This document shows positions 7,606 to 17,646 of a stretch of 38,908 bases of DNA, piece after piece. This DNA comes from a virus. Lineage: Duplodnaviria > Caudoviricetes. The DNA is taken from the IMG/VR virus record IMGVR_UViG_3300005512_000106, positions 1-38,908 of that record; one strand, 5' to 3'. The translations under genes and the position numbers were made by a program. Under the pieces are notes generated by a model. The model was not told where the DNA came from, did no database searches, and was given only the letters and a program-made list of their open reading frames with translations. Within the stretch, counting starts at the first letter, position 1. Each line of letters starts with the position of its first letter.

Positions 7606-10600
7606 CGCCTCCGACTGGAGTGCCTCGGCAAGTTCATGGAGTCGCCGAACATCTGCAACCCGTTCTGGATGCCGAGCATGTTGCCGAGCGGGATGAGGCG
7701 CATGTCGTTGCGCCAATTGGTCTCGGAGTATCGGTAGTCGGGGTTGGTCAACGTGCTCAGGATGCCCGTGCCGGTCCGCCAGCCCTTGATCGCCGTGTCG
7801 ACGGTCGGGTTGCCGAAGAGCGCGTTGGCGTCCAGCCCGCTCGTCCGGCCGTAGGAGAAGAACGGCCCGCGGGAGAACAGGCTCGCGGCGGTATCGACCG
7901 GACCGGGCATCATCGCGGCCCAACCGGCCCGCTGGAAGGCGCCGCGTGCAATCTGCGGGATGGTCATCCGCTCGGCCAGGTAGGCGTTGCGGTCCTTGCG
8001 GCCGATGGAGTTGGCGTACTGTAGGCCGATCCACGTCAGGGCGCCGAAGTACATGGCGCCGGACCACTCGCGAAAGACTTGGGCGTCGCGAGCGTAGAGG
8101 CTGGTGACCACCTGCTTGTCCCACGAGGAGATGTTGAAGGTGCGGAACTGCAAGAGGATGCGTGCCCAATCCGTAGTCATCCACGCCATCATCTGCCCAG
8201 GGTCGTTCTTCTGGATGACCCGGTTTGCCCACTTGTTGACGCCGATGACGAGCTTGGCCGCGGCCCCCTGGTCGGCCCACTTGTCGATGTTCATCTTCCG
8301 CATTCGCAGGCCGAATGCGCCCTCCTCGAGGGCGGAGAACTTCTTGATCTGGGCCGCGATCCTGTGGGCGTCCGCTTCGGTCAGCCCGATCATCGCCAGC
8401 CGGCGGACGCTCGGCACGGCTCCCGACTCGACAATGCGGACGAACTTTTGGACGGCGGCACTGGCCGCGGCAAGCTGGGAGAACGTGTTGATCGGCGTCA
8501 TGCCCGACCCGTAGCTGACGGCCTTGACGAGCCTGTCGACGCCGCGCTCGAGCTTGGCGCTGGGGTCAAGTTGCTCGATGCCCCCGATGGATTCGTACCT
8601 GTGGACGTTGCGGCCGAGCCGCAGGCTGAGGCCATCGGTGCCAAGGCCCGTCATGGCCTGGAGTTCCCGGAGGAACTCGTCGGACAGGTGCCCGTCAGCC
8701 GCCCGCTTGACGAGGGCCTTGAAGCCGGGCATGGAGTTCATAAACCCACGGATTGTGCCCGCGCCCATGAGGGTGCCGATCTCGGGGATCTGGGCGAGCC
8801 CGAACTTGCCGCCGACGCGGGCCATGTTGAACTTGCGGACCATTCGCAGCCACTTGGCGGCTGTAGGGTCCATCGTGCCGAGGGGCTGGCCCATGACGAC
8901 GCGATGCAGGAGCTCGGCACGCTTGATGTCGCGACGGAGCTTGGGCCGGTGCTTTGCGTCGATGCGCGGGAGATCCCTCTGTCGGATGTTCTCGAGGACG
9001 CCCGCGAAGCTCACCGGCGTATCCTTGCCCGCTTCGGTCAGGCCCTCGAGGAGCTTCCGTTCGGCGATGGCGCCCTCCATCTGCCGGCAGTACGAGAGCG
9101 TCAGGGAGAAGGCATCGTTTTCCATCAGATCTTCGACGGATATTGTCAGCGGGTTGCCATCGAGATCCGTCACGGCCAGCGAGTGCTTGTAGTCCACGGT
9201 GATCCGCTTGTAGGCCCGCGTGATCTTCTTCGGGTCTTTGGCATCCTTGAGCACGTCGTACAGGATGGTCTCGACCTCGGCCGCATCCAGTCCGACCTCG
9301 TGCCGGAGGATGTTCTTGAGCTCGTCAGCGTGTCGCTCGTCGAGGAGCTTGGCCACCTTGACGTCGGGAAGGTAGTGCCGCCGGATGGTCCCGTGGATGA
9401 TCGCCTTGCCAAGCTGCCCGGCCTGCTCAGGGGTGAGCGTCGGGGAGTTTCGCAGAACAGCCTCGCTCACCAAGGCCAAGGTGTGCTCTTCTCCGACCTT
9501 GGCTATCATCTCCTCGATTTGCCGGGCGCCCCAGACTGTCGTGATGTAGTTCGGGTTCTCGACGATGTCCGCCGTGCCCGGCACGCCATGGCGCTGCGCT
9601 CGCCGCAGTGTGCGGTTGCGGATCTCCATGAGCTCCTGCGCTGCCTTCTTGACGTCCGGGTCGAGGATGTCGTCTACGCCGTCGCGCGTGGCCCGTCCGA
9701 CCGTCTCGTTGAACCGTTGGGCTGTGCGTCCGTTGACCCTGAGCCCTTCCCGCTTGGCCCAATTGCGGATCGTGGACAGTTGGGTCGCCCCGACCTCGTC
9801 GATGTGCCGCCCGGTCTGCATCGCGATAGCTTCCGTCGCCGACAGGATGTTGGGGTTCCCGGAAGCGTCGGGCAGAACGTCCTCGCTGAGCATACGGAAC
9901 AGCTTGCGGACGCGGGCGAGGGGGCTGCGAACGCCGGTGCCGACCATGCCGAACCGGAGGGCGCCCGTGACGCCTCCGACGCCCGGCTCGTCGGACGCAT
10001 CGGCGATCGAGTCGAAGATCAGATCGGTGAGATCCCCCCCGTCTCGCCGACCGATGGCCGTGGTCCCCGGTTGCTGTGCTGCGGCCAGAACATCGTCGAT
10101 GCGGGAAGCGTCGTCGAGCTCGAGGAACTCGGCCATCTCGCGACGCACCTTGTCCTGCTCGCCGGCGTAGCCCATGAAGAACCGCCGCCGGCCCTTGTCG
10201 GAAAGCTCGAAGCCGGCCTCTCTGAGGGCAGTCAGGTCGATGTCGTCCTGGGCCGAGGTCGCCAGCCTGCGGGCCTGTCCGGCCTCTCCTCGCAGCATGA
10301 GGCCAGTCAGGGCGGTTCCGGCCACAAAGCCGCCCAGGGCGGCGTAGGCAACGTCGTAGGCGTCCCTGGTGGGGTCTTGCGTCGTTCGATAGGCTTCCAT
10401 GGTGCCTTCGGTCGCCCCGATGATCGCCCCCGCGCTGACGGCACGGGCAAGCCTGCTCATCTTCGTCGCCTTGGTGATGCCGGTGATGGCCCCGGCCGTC
10501 GCCGCGTCGGCGGCGATCTCCACCGGGTCGAAGACATTGGCGAGTAGCCGCAGGCCGGCCCCGGTCCAGCCCCGCTCGCTGAGAATGCGGTCGTTCTTCA

Positions 10601-10934
10601 CCCGGCGCAGAAGTTGGTGGCGGATGAGCGACGCCTCATTATCATTGCGGGCGCTCGCAAACTTCGACCAATACTGAGGCGGGATACCTTCGGTCAGCGC
10701 CTCGAAGTAAGGCGTGTTCTCCGTCATGGTCACAGGGAACAGTTCATCGGGTTCGCCAGTATCGGAGGTCCAGCGAGCGACCTGCTGGCCGGCCATCGCC
10801 GCGATCCATTCGTTCTCGATCGCGCCGCCGATGGCGCGCAGCAGCCCCGCGGGTTCCCCGCGGGCTTCGGCCAGGGCCCGGTCCTCTTTATGGGTGCGGA
10901 TGACCGGCGGGTTGAGATTGCCAAGCCGTGTCAT
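7602..10934 (-). CDS. Internal virion (ejection) protein, T7 gp16-like
   Basis: 1110 aa, helical, last of three internal-protein genes; C-terminal ILLQFRTF motif. Confidence 0.75.
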   Translation of the reverse strand: MTRLGNLNPPVIRTHKEDRALAEARGEPAGLLRAIGGAIENEWIAAMAGQQVARWTSDTGEPDELFPVTMTENTPYFEALTEGIPPQYWSKFASARNDNEASLIRHQLLRRVKNDRILSERGWTGAGLRLLANVFDPVEIAADAATAGAITGITKATKMSRLARAVSAGAIIGATEGTMEAYRTTQDPTRDAYDVAYAALGGFVAGTALTGLMLRGEAGQARRLATSAQDDIDLTALREAGFELSDKGRRRFFMGYAGEQDKVRREMAEFLELDDASRIDDVLAAAQQPGTTAIGRRDGGDLTDLIFDSIADASDEPGVGGVTGALRFGMVGTGVRSPLARVRKLFRMLSEDVLPDASGNPNILSATEAIAMQTGRHIDEVGATQLSTIRNWAKREGLRVNGRTAQRFNETVGRATRDGVDDILDPDVKKAAQELMEIRNRTLRRAQRHGVPGTADIVENPNYITTVWGARQIEEMIAKVGEEHTLALVSEAVLRNSPTLTPEQAGQLGKAIIHGTIRRHYLPDVKVAKLLDERHADELKNILRHEVGLDAAEVETILYDVLKDAKDPKKITRAYKRITVDYKHSLAVTDLDGNPLTISVEDLMENDAFSLTLSYCRQMEGAIAERKLLEGLTEAGKDTPVSFAGVLENIRQRDLPRIDAKHRPKLRRDIKRAELLHRVVMGQPLGTMDPTAAKWLRMVRKFNMARVGGKFGLAQIPEIGTLMGAGTIRGFMNSMPGFKALVKRAADGHLSDEFLRELQAMTGLGTDGLSLRLGRNVHRYESIGGIEQLDPSAKLERGVDRLVKAVSYGSGMTPINTFSQLAAASAAVQKFVRIVESGAVPSVRRLAMIGLTEADAHRIAAQIKKFSALEEGAFGLRMRKMNIDKWADQGAAAKLVIGVNKWANRVIQKNDPGQMMAWMTTDWARILLQFRTFNISSWDKQVVTSLYARDAQVFREWSGAMYFGALTWIGLQYANSIGRKDRNAYLAERMTIPQIARGAFQRAGWAAMMPGPVDTAASLFSRGPFFSYGRTSGLDANALFGNPTVDTAIKGWRTGTGILSTLTNPDYRYSETNWRNDMRLIPLGNMLGIQNGLQMFGDSMNLPRHSSRRR

Positions 10935-13489
10935 TCGTTGCTCCTCAGCTTGTCGAAGGCTCGCCAGTATTCCTCGTCCACAATTGCCCCGTGCCCGAAG
11001 CTCTTGGGGAACTCGACCTCTTGGTACCCGTCGCCGATCTTCATGTAGGCGTGAGCTTGCGGGCCGAAGCCGATGTCGTCGACCGTCGTGTGCAGCATGA
11101 TGAGCAACTGGCCCTCTTCGCCGGCGAGCAGTTGCTTGAACAGCTTGGCCTCGCGTTCTGCATCACCCGCGGTTGCCTTGGCGCGTGCGGGCAGATCGGC
11201 CAGAGGCATCCAGTTGGCCTGGTCGGGGATGCCTTGCTCGTCGAACTTGCCTCGGCCGAGATGCACCAACGGCCTGACTCGCCCCGTCTTGTCGGCGTAC
11301 ACGATGCCGGTGCCGGCCGGAGTCTTGGCCAGGTCGGCCTTGATGCGAGCAACGTCGGGAACGTAGGTGACTACATCCTCAAGCGGGGTGTCCTCGACGC
11401 CCTCCGACCAGAAGTTGAAGGCGTGCCGGCGATTTACCACCTTCTTGGTGTGGTAGGGGCTTGGGCCGATCCGCAGCATCCCCTTCTTCACGCTGGCGAT
11501 GGCGCCGGATACCTCCTCGGCCGTGACGTGCATGGCCATGCTTCGGAGGCTGGCAACGGAGCACACGCCGGCGTCGCGGTCCTCAACCATCCGGTTGAGT
11601 TCGGTGTTCACAAGCTGGAGCACTGCGCCGTTGTTCGTGAAGATGAAGCTCAGGTTGTCGACGTCCTCGACTTCGCCGGGATGCGAGTCGTAGTATTGCT
11701 GCCGCAAGTTCGCGAAGATGGCCTCTGGAGTCAGGGGTAGTTGCACGTTGCGGGTGTAGACCAGCCGGCCAAGAATCTCGGTGTAGTTTTCCTCGACGTT
11801 ATCGACGGCCTCCTCGACCGCGGCGGATGCTCCGACCCCCAGCGACGAGATGTAGAAGTTCGCGAGGTTGCGGACGACGCCCTGCATGTCGCCGGCGTTG
11901 GAGATGTCGTCGCTCCATGCCTTCTGGGTGATGTCCCGGACAGCCTCATCGAGTTCTCGCGGGTCCACGCGAACGCCAGCCGGATTCTGAATCGCGGCGT
12001 GCGCGGCCCGGAGAGCCCCGACCGCCTCGCCCGGTGTCACATGCCGGTACGCCAAGTCGGCGAGGGCAAAGAACTTGGCCGTGTCGCCGTCAAGATGCTG
12101 GTTGGCGAGCGCGGGATTGATCGTCTTGAGCCGACGCCAGAACTCGTAGCTCTGGACCACGCGGGCTACCGTCTCGGGGTTGGCGTCCTTGGCGTCCAAT
12201 ACGCCGGCCGACCGGAAGGCCGCATCGAACATCATGGACCATGGCTTGTGGACGAGCCCGTTCTCCTCGATGTACCGGACCTTGCGGGCAAGGGAATCCG
12301 CAACGGGCTCGCTTCCGCCGGCGGCGAGTGCGGCGTTGGCGCTGGCGTCCTGTCGGTCGAGAGCAGCGAACTTCGCCGCCGTGGCCCGCCGAATGTTCTC
12401 CTTGGCGGATACCGTGGTGGTGGTGCCGTCAGCCTTGAGGATGTGCTGGTCGGTCAGGAGGCCCCCGAGTCCTCGGTCCATGGCCGCGGCGCCGGCATCG
12501 TAGGTGGCTTGCCGCTGCTGCTGGACTACCCCGGCGTTGTGTGCTTCGACCAGCCGCGACTTCATCGTGATGGCCGCGGTTTCCAAGATCGTGTTCTCGT
12601 CTGCGGCCTTGTCGATGGCTGCCAGCGAATCCGAGAGCTTCGCGCCCTTCCGGTCGTTCTCGAGGATCTCCTCCGTCATGGCCTCGGCCGCGTCGGCCTT
12701 CGCCCGGTCGTCCCGGATGCGTCGCGTCCTTATCGCCGTCTGTACGCCGCGCTCGGCGATGCCGGGCAAGGTGTCGTCGATGTAGGCGCCGATCTTCTTG
12801 GCCCGCTCGACGTTGCCTGCCGCCGCCGCCGCGTCCAGGCCGCGCACCGCGGTATCACGGAGCACGTCGGCCTTGCTGCGCCCGAGGGTGGCGTTCAGCT
12901 TGATCGCGGTAGCTGTCGCCTTCTCAAGTGCGTCGAAGTCCCGCTCCGAGCCCCACTGCCCCGCCAGCGTCTCGTTGCCCTCATCCACGAGCAGGATTCG
13001 CTGCTCGCGGATCTTCTTGCCGTGCCATGCAGCGAACTTCGGGGCTACGTGGCGGAACAGTTCGGCCTTGAAGATGTCGGGCATCTCGGTACTGCGAGCG
13101 TCTACCCAGCCGTCCAGAACGTCGCCGGGGGTGTCGGTGGGGTTGAACGTCAGGGCCTCTGGGTCGAACTCTTGGCCGGCACGGAACGCCTCGAGGCGAT
13201 AGAAGTAGTCGTGCGCCTCCTGCGTGGTGAACTCGGGGGCGGCAAGTCGCTGAGTGAACGCCTTCACGGCCATGTTCGTCTCGGTCTTGACGTCCAGGCC
13301 ATGCTCAGCCTCTCGCAGCCCGGCGTAGCCCTGAGCGACCCCTGCCGCCCCGTAGAGCAACTGTCGGACAGCATCGCCGACCGGGGCGGCTTGGCGGGGA
13401 GCGATCTGCTGAGCGGGCATCCCGCCGCCCGTGGGGCTCACGGTGATGCCAACGCGATGCGTCCCGATACCTTGTGCGCGGTCTGCCAT
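10931..13489 (-). CDS. Internal virion protein, T7 gp15-like
   Basis: 852 aa, Ala-rich helical; assigned by synteny. Confidence 0.7.
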   Translation of the reverse strand: MADRAQGIGTHRVGITVSPTGGGMPAQQIAPRQAAPVGDAVRQLLYGAAGVAQGYAGLREAEHGLDVKTETNMAVKAFTQRLAAPEFTTQEAHDYFYRLEAFRAGQEFDPEALTFNPTDTPGDVLDGWVDARSTEMPDIFKAELFRHVAPKFAAWHGKKIREQRILLVDEGNETLAGQWGSERDFDALEKATATAIKLNATLGRSKADVLRDTAVRGLDAAAAAGNVERAKKIGAYIDDTLPGIAERGVQTAIRTRRIRDDRAKADAAEAMTEEILENDRKGAKLSDSLAAIDKAADENTILETAAITMKSRLVEAHNAGVVQQQRQATYDAGAAAMDRGLGGLLTDQHILKADGTTTTVSAKENIRRATAAKFAALDRQDASANAALAAGGSEPVADSLARKVRYIEENGLVHKPWSMMFDAAFRSAGVLDAKDANPETVARVVQSYEFWRRLKTINPALANQHLDGDTAKFFALADLAYRHVTPGEAVGALRAAHAAIQNPAGVRVDPRELDEAVRDITQKAWSDDISNAGDMQGVVRNLANFYISSLGVGASAAVEEAVDNVEENYTEILGRLVYTRNVQLPLTPEAIFANLRQQYYDSHPGEVEDVDNLSFIFTNNGAVLQLVNTELNRMVEDRDAGVCSVASLRSMAMHVTAEEVSGAIASVKKGMLRIGPSPYHTKKVVNRRHAFNFWSEGVEDTPLEDVVTYVPDVARIKADLAKTPAGTGIVYADKTGRVRPLVHLGRGKFDEQGIPDQANWMPLADLPARAKATAGDAEREAKLFKQLLAGEEGQLLIMLHTTVDDIGFGPQAHAYMKIGDGYQEVEFPKSFGHGAIVDEEYWRAFDKLRSNE

Positions 13490-14001
13490 CAGCCACCCCC
13501 TCCGTCCGGCTTCACATTGAGAGCCTTGAGCCGTGTCATGGACCCCGCGATGCTCAATCCGGTCTGGAGCCCGGCCATGCCGCCTTGCAGCCCAGAGACG
13601 GCCATACTGCTCGGCGCCCGTGCGATCGGCTGGAGCCCGGCGGCGATCCTGGCCATGTCCACGTCCGCATTGCTGTCGATGATCCGCGTGTTCATGCTGT
13701 CGTCGTAGTCTGCCTGCCGCATCAGAGACTCGTAGGTGCCGCCCAGGCCGATGCCGCTCTCTCCCGCGGCAACGCGGATCTGGCTGCGGATCAGGTGGGC
13801 TCGGTTGGTGGCCCTGAGCTTCTCGATGGCCTGCTTCTGCCGCACCTGCTGCTGGCTGGCGATTGCCGCCTTCCGCTGAGATCGCGCCGATGCTTCCGCG
13901 TAGTCCGCTTGCGACTTCTGCTGCGCTCGGGTCGAGGCAATGCTGGTCGCGGTACCGACCGCGGCGGTGCTGGCTGCGATGATCGCGGCGGGGATTGCCA
14001 T
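13489..14001 (-). CDS. Internal virion protein, T7 gp14-like
   Basis: Hydrophobic Ala-rich N-terminus, Gln-rich coil, AAGESGIGLGG motif. Confidence 0.8.
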   Translation of the reverse strand: MAIPAAIIAASTAAVGTATSIASTRAQQKSQADYAEASARSQRKAAIASQQQVRQKQAIEKLRATNRAHLIRSQIRVAAGESGIGLGGTYESLMRQADYDDSMNTRIIDSNADVDMARIAAGLQPIARAPSSMAVSGLQGGMAGLQTGLSIAGSMTRLKALNVKPDGGGG

Positions 14002-14002
14002 G

Positions 14003-16795
14003 TCAGAAGCTCCTTGATTCGACCGTGCCGATGAACTCGGCCGTGGAGATCACAAACGGAAGGGGCTGGTCGCTGCGGATCGTGATGGTCGCGTGCTCGG
14101 CCCACGCCCCGATGATGCAGGCGAACACGCCTTCGTCCTCAATCAGGTCGCCGCTGCGGGGCGTGAAGGTCTTGTCGCGCGGAAGGCCCGTACCGTGCAG
14201 CGTGCCCCGGTTCGGCTCGGTGATGCGGATGTCATACCGGCCGGTGTTGGAGTGCTGGACGCTGAGCTTGCGGAGTTGGAGTCGGCCCCCCAGGACCGTG
14301 CTGCCGTCGCGCTGGCGAGCATAGGGCCTGGAAAGCTGGAGTTCCGACGTGAACGTCCGCCCGATCATGGCTTCCTTGTCGGCGTAGTCGCCATCGGCGT
14401 CGGCAATTCGGTAGTGCGTCGAGTCTACCTTGGTGACGGCGAGTACCTGGCCGGCGTACTCGGCCTGCGTGGCGGTTGGGTCGTGAGCCGTGAAGTCCGG
14501 GCCGAGCACCACGGTACCAAGCGTGGAGTCCTCAACGGAGAGCGTCCATGTCGTGTACCCGGCAGCGTTCGCCCCGGTGACGGCAACCCGGTTGTCCAGC
14601 CGGACCTTGTAGGTGTAGTCGTCCCCCGATGCGTCCGTGTCGATCGCGTCCTCGATGACAGGGATGCTCGAGACAAAGAAGCCGTCAGCGTTCTCGACGA
14701 GCATCCAGCAGGTGTCCTCGATGATGGCGATGTCGCAGATCGTCTCGGTGGCGTCATAGGTCCACTTGGCCCACGCGGACTGGACGCGATCTTCGCCGTT
14801 CCAGAAGTTGCGGTAAACGTAGACCGTGCTGCCATCCGGAGGCAGCAGCAGGACGGTATCATTGTTGAGCGAAGCCTGGATGGTCTGCACGTCGCTGGGC
14901 AGATACCCCCCGGCGTGAGCCGAGACGTCCGCAGCCGTGTTGGACACGTTCTGGTCGGAGTAGAAATACTCCATGAGTTGCGTCGTGCCCTGCTGGGCCG
15001 AGACGAAGTAGCATTGGCTGCCGACCACCACGGGCCGGACCCCGGTAAGGCTGTCGTAGGCCGTGGAGGGCGTGATGGCCGCAGTCTCGGGCGTGAGCGT
15101 CTCGGGGGCGTTGAGCTCGAACTGCCGGCCGGCTTGGGTGAAGATCAGCAGTGCCTTGCGGAACGGCAGGATGTAGTCAACGAATGTGACCTGGCTCGCC
15201 GAGAGCGTCGTGTCGATCGGGTCAGAGTCCGCGATGTTGTCGGCCTCGGCAGCGTAGAAGTTGAAGTAGTCGCCGGCCTGGCTCAGCACAAGGTTCTCGT
15301 CGCCGGCCAGGACCATGCGGTTGCGGTGGAAGGCCACGTCCGCCAGGGTCGCGCCGTTCTCCCACAGGCTCAGGATGGGGTTCGTGTAGTTGTCCCCGGT
15401 GTACCGCGGCGTCCAGTCGATCAGGCCCACGTCGAACACGATGGTCGGAGGCGAGCCCGGCGTGTAGCTCGTGCGGACAGCCTTGATCGGCATGGTGGAG
15501 GCGTCCAGTTGGGCCTCGATCTGGCGTGGGGCAGGCGCACGCTCCCATCGCTCGGCAATCGCGAGGGTTTCCGTGGCCGGCGTGCCCGTGCCATCCGTGT
15601 TCCCGGGAGAGACAAATGGCCGGCCACTGAGCGTCATGTCGTACTCGCCCCCGGTGGGGTTGTCCGGATCGCGGACCTCCGTGCCAGCCCCTCGGTAAGG
15701 CCCCACAATGGTCATATACCCGGTGTCCGTGGCGGTCATGGTCCAGTTGATGAGCCCGTCAACGCAGCCTGCCTCGTGGAGTGCCCGCGTGTAGGCAGTG
15801 GCGATGTCGTACTGATCGGCAGGGCTGTCCCCGGTGAAGTCCACCGAGACGTTGTACTCGGGGCCGATGCCGTCGATGTAAACATTGTGCCGGTCGGCGC
15901 CCGACGCCCCGGCTTGAAGCGTGATCGCCGAGTCGCTGTCTTTCGAGACCACGTCGTACCAACCGATCGCCCCGAAGTTATTGTTGATGTAGACCTTATC
16001 GCCGTCCTCCCAAGTGTAGTCGGCGAAGGGAGTGGCTGGCGAGAAGTCGAGAACGTCATCCGCGATCGTGTACTCCCCTCCGCCATTGATATCGCAGGCG
16101 AAGCGGACGAGGTTGAGCAGGAATCCTTGGGGCTGCTTGGCAGCATCGGTGAAGTAGGCCACAGTGTACGACACGGCCGAGCGGGCACAGGACGCGAAGG
16201 TGCCGTCAGCCCCGCCTATATACTTGAAGTATCCGGCGGGGTAGAAGCCGTCGTCCTCATGCGTCATGTGGTAGGTGTCGTTGGTGGGCTGGTAGCCCCG
16301 CATGATCTCGTAGGTCCGGGACGTGCTCTCCACCGCGTACACGTCGGACGTCTCAGCGGCGACGGCCACCTTGCGATTCAGAATGACCGTGTGGTCGGCA
16401 ACGGTCACGAGCCGGAAGTCGCTGACCGTTGCGCTCTCGGCGTCGAGGTACGTCTGAGCATCGGCCGAGATGTTCACCGTCGCCTCGGTGCCGTCGAGCA
16501 TGAAGATGCGGATGGACATCTCGGTTCCGGAGGCGCCGTCATCCATGGCGCCAAGCACGAGAAGATACTGCTCAGTGTCGTCCCGGTCGATGGCGTGTAT
16601 ACGGTAACTCTCGTCCGCCTCGATGGTGCCGCCGACCGCGAAGCTCATGGTGGAACCCGGCCGCTTGCTGGCGCCGTCGCGAACGGTCAGCAGGACGTTG
16701 GTGGCCTCCTGGACCTGATTGGCGTGGCGCACCGTGTCGGCTTGGCGAGAGGCCCCGCCGAACAGAGCGGGGATCGGCAACCGGACTTGTGGCAT
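14003..16795 (-). CDS. Tail tubular protein B / nozzle (T7 gp12-like) with inserted domain
   Basis: LFGGASRQ, GASKRPG, FHRNRMVL, SQAGDYFNF, QSAWAKW, GRLQLR motifs. Confidence 0.92.
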   Translation of the reverse strand: MPQVRLPIPALFGGASRQADTVRHANQVQEATNVLLTVRDGASKRPGSTMSFAVGGTIEADESYRIHAIDRDDTEQYLLVLGAMDDGASGTEMSIRIFMLDGTEATVNISADAQTYLDAESATVSDFRLVTVADHTVILNRKVAVAAETSDVYAVESTSRTYEIMRGYQPTNDTYHMTHEDDGFYPAGYFKYIGGADGTFASCARSAVSYTVAYFTDAAKQPQGFLLNLVRFACDINGGGEYTIADDVLDFSPATPFADYTWEDGDKVYINNNFGAIGWYDVVSKDSDSAITLQAGASGADRHNVYIDGIGPEYNVSVDFTGDSPADQYDIATAYTRALHEAGCVDGLINWTMTATDTGYMTIVGPYRGAGTEVRDPDNPTGGEYDMTLSGRPFVSPGNTDGTGTPATETLAIAERWERAPAPRQIEAQLDASTMPIKAVRTSYTPGSPPTIVFDVGLIDWTPRYTGDNYTNPILSLWENGATLADVAFHRNRMVLAGDENLVLSQAGDYFNFYAAEADNIADSDPIDTTLSASQVTFVDYILPFRKALLIFTQAGRQFELNAPETLTPETAAITPSTAYDSLTGVRPVVVGSQCYFVSAQQGTTQLMEYFYSDQNVSNTAADVSAHAGGYLPSDVQTIQASLNNDTVLLLPPDGSTVYVYRNFWNGEDRVQSAWAKWTYDATETICDIAIIEDTCWMLVENADGFFVSSIPVIEDAIDTDASGDDYTYKVRLDNRVAVTGANAAGYTTWTLSVEDSTLGTVVLGPDFTAHDPTATQAEYAGQVLAVTKVDSTHYRIADADGDYADKEAMIGRTFTSELQLSRPYARQRDGSTVLGGRLQLRKLSVQHSNTGRYDIRITEPNRGTLHGTGLPRDKTFTPRSGDLIEDEGVFACIIGAWAEHATITIRSDQPLPFVISTAEFIGTVESRSF

Positions 16796-16797
16796 TG

Positions 16798-17643
16798 CTA
16801 CCTCCCGTAGTGCTGGACGTCGCTGCCGCCTCGGATACGCAGGGCGGTGTCAGTGTCAAGGACGTTCGCGTCGCTGTTCTCGGCGTCCTTCCTCTCGGCC
16901 TGGAGCATAGCCCGGTCGCGGGCATCGCGCAGGCGGGCGTCGGCGGTCGCACTGCCGACCTTGCGGTTCTGGAACTCGATGAGGGCCTCGGACAGGATGT
17001 AGTCTTGGAGCTCCACTGTGAGGTCGGCAAAGAGAAGGAGGCGGGAGAGGGTCACGTCAACGCTGCCGTCGAACGTGAAGGTGTTGTCGTCGCGGCTGTA
17101 GAGCTTGTCGTCGCGGAGCGTGACGTCCTTGTGAGTGGAGCCCTGGTCCGAGTCGATCCGCAGGATGTCGGCAGCCACGGTGATCGCATCGTCCCAGCCG
17201 ATCAGCGTGGTCGACACGTCCGTCTGATCGCTGCTGGCAATGGAGTCCTTGAGGACGATGTTGTCGTCGTCGGTTCGGGACGCGATTTCATACCACCCAA
17301 CCGTAACGCCCGTGCCTGCCGAGACGTATATCTGATCGCCGCTGGCCCAGGTGTAGGACGCGAAGGCTGCGGTCTTGTTGAGAATCTTCGTCGCGGCGGT
17401 CCAGTCGCCGTCACCACTGATGGCCACGGCCACCTTCGTCACGTCGGCGACGCCGTACTCCACGTCCGTCTCGGTGTTCTCGTGCCAGCCTCGCGCCTGG
17501 ATGCGCTTGTTCCATCGGTCGAGGCATCGCTCGGCATCGGCGGCGTCGCTGCTGCCGCCCGTGTCGAGAGCGGCCACAGGATACACGCCAACTTCCTCCA
17601 GCATCTCATTGACGGCTTCGAGCTTGGTGTGATTGCGTGCCAT
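16798..17643 (-). CDS. Tail tubular protein A / adaptor (T7 gp11-like) with inserted domain
   Basis: TKLEAVNEMLEEVG...PV and IQARGWHENTE motifs; directly upstream of gp12. Confidence 0.9.
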   Translation of the reverse strand: MARNHTKLEAVNEMLEEVGVYPVAALDTGGSSDAADAERCLDRWNKRIQARGWHENTETDVEYGVADVTKVAVAISGDGDWTAATKILNKTAAFASYTWASGDQIYVSAGTGVTVGWYEIASRTDDDNIVLKDSIASSDQTDVSTTLIGWDDAITVAADILRIDSDQGSTHKDVTLRDDKLYSRDDNTFTFDGSVDVTLSRLLLFADLTVELQDYILSEALIEFQNRKVGSATADARLRDARDRAMLQAERKDAENSDANVLDTDTALRIRGGSDVQHYGR

Positions 17644-17646
17644 GTG

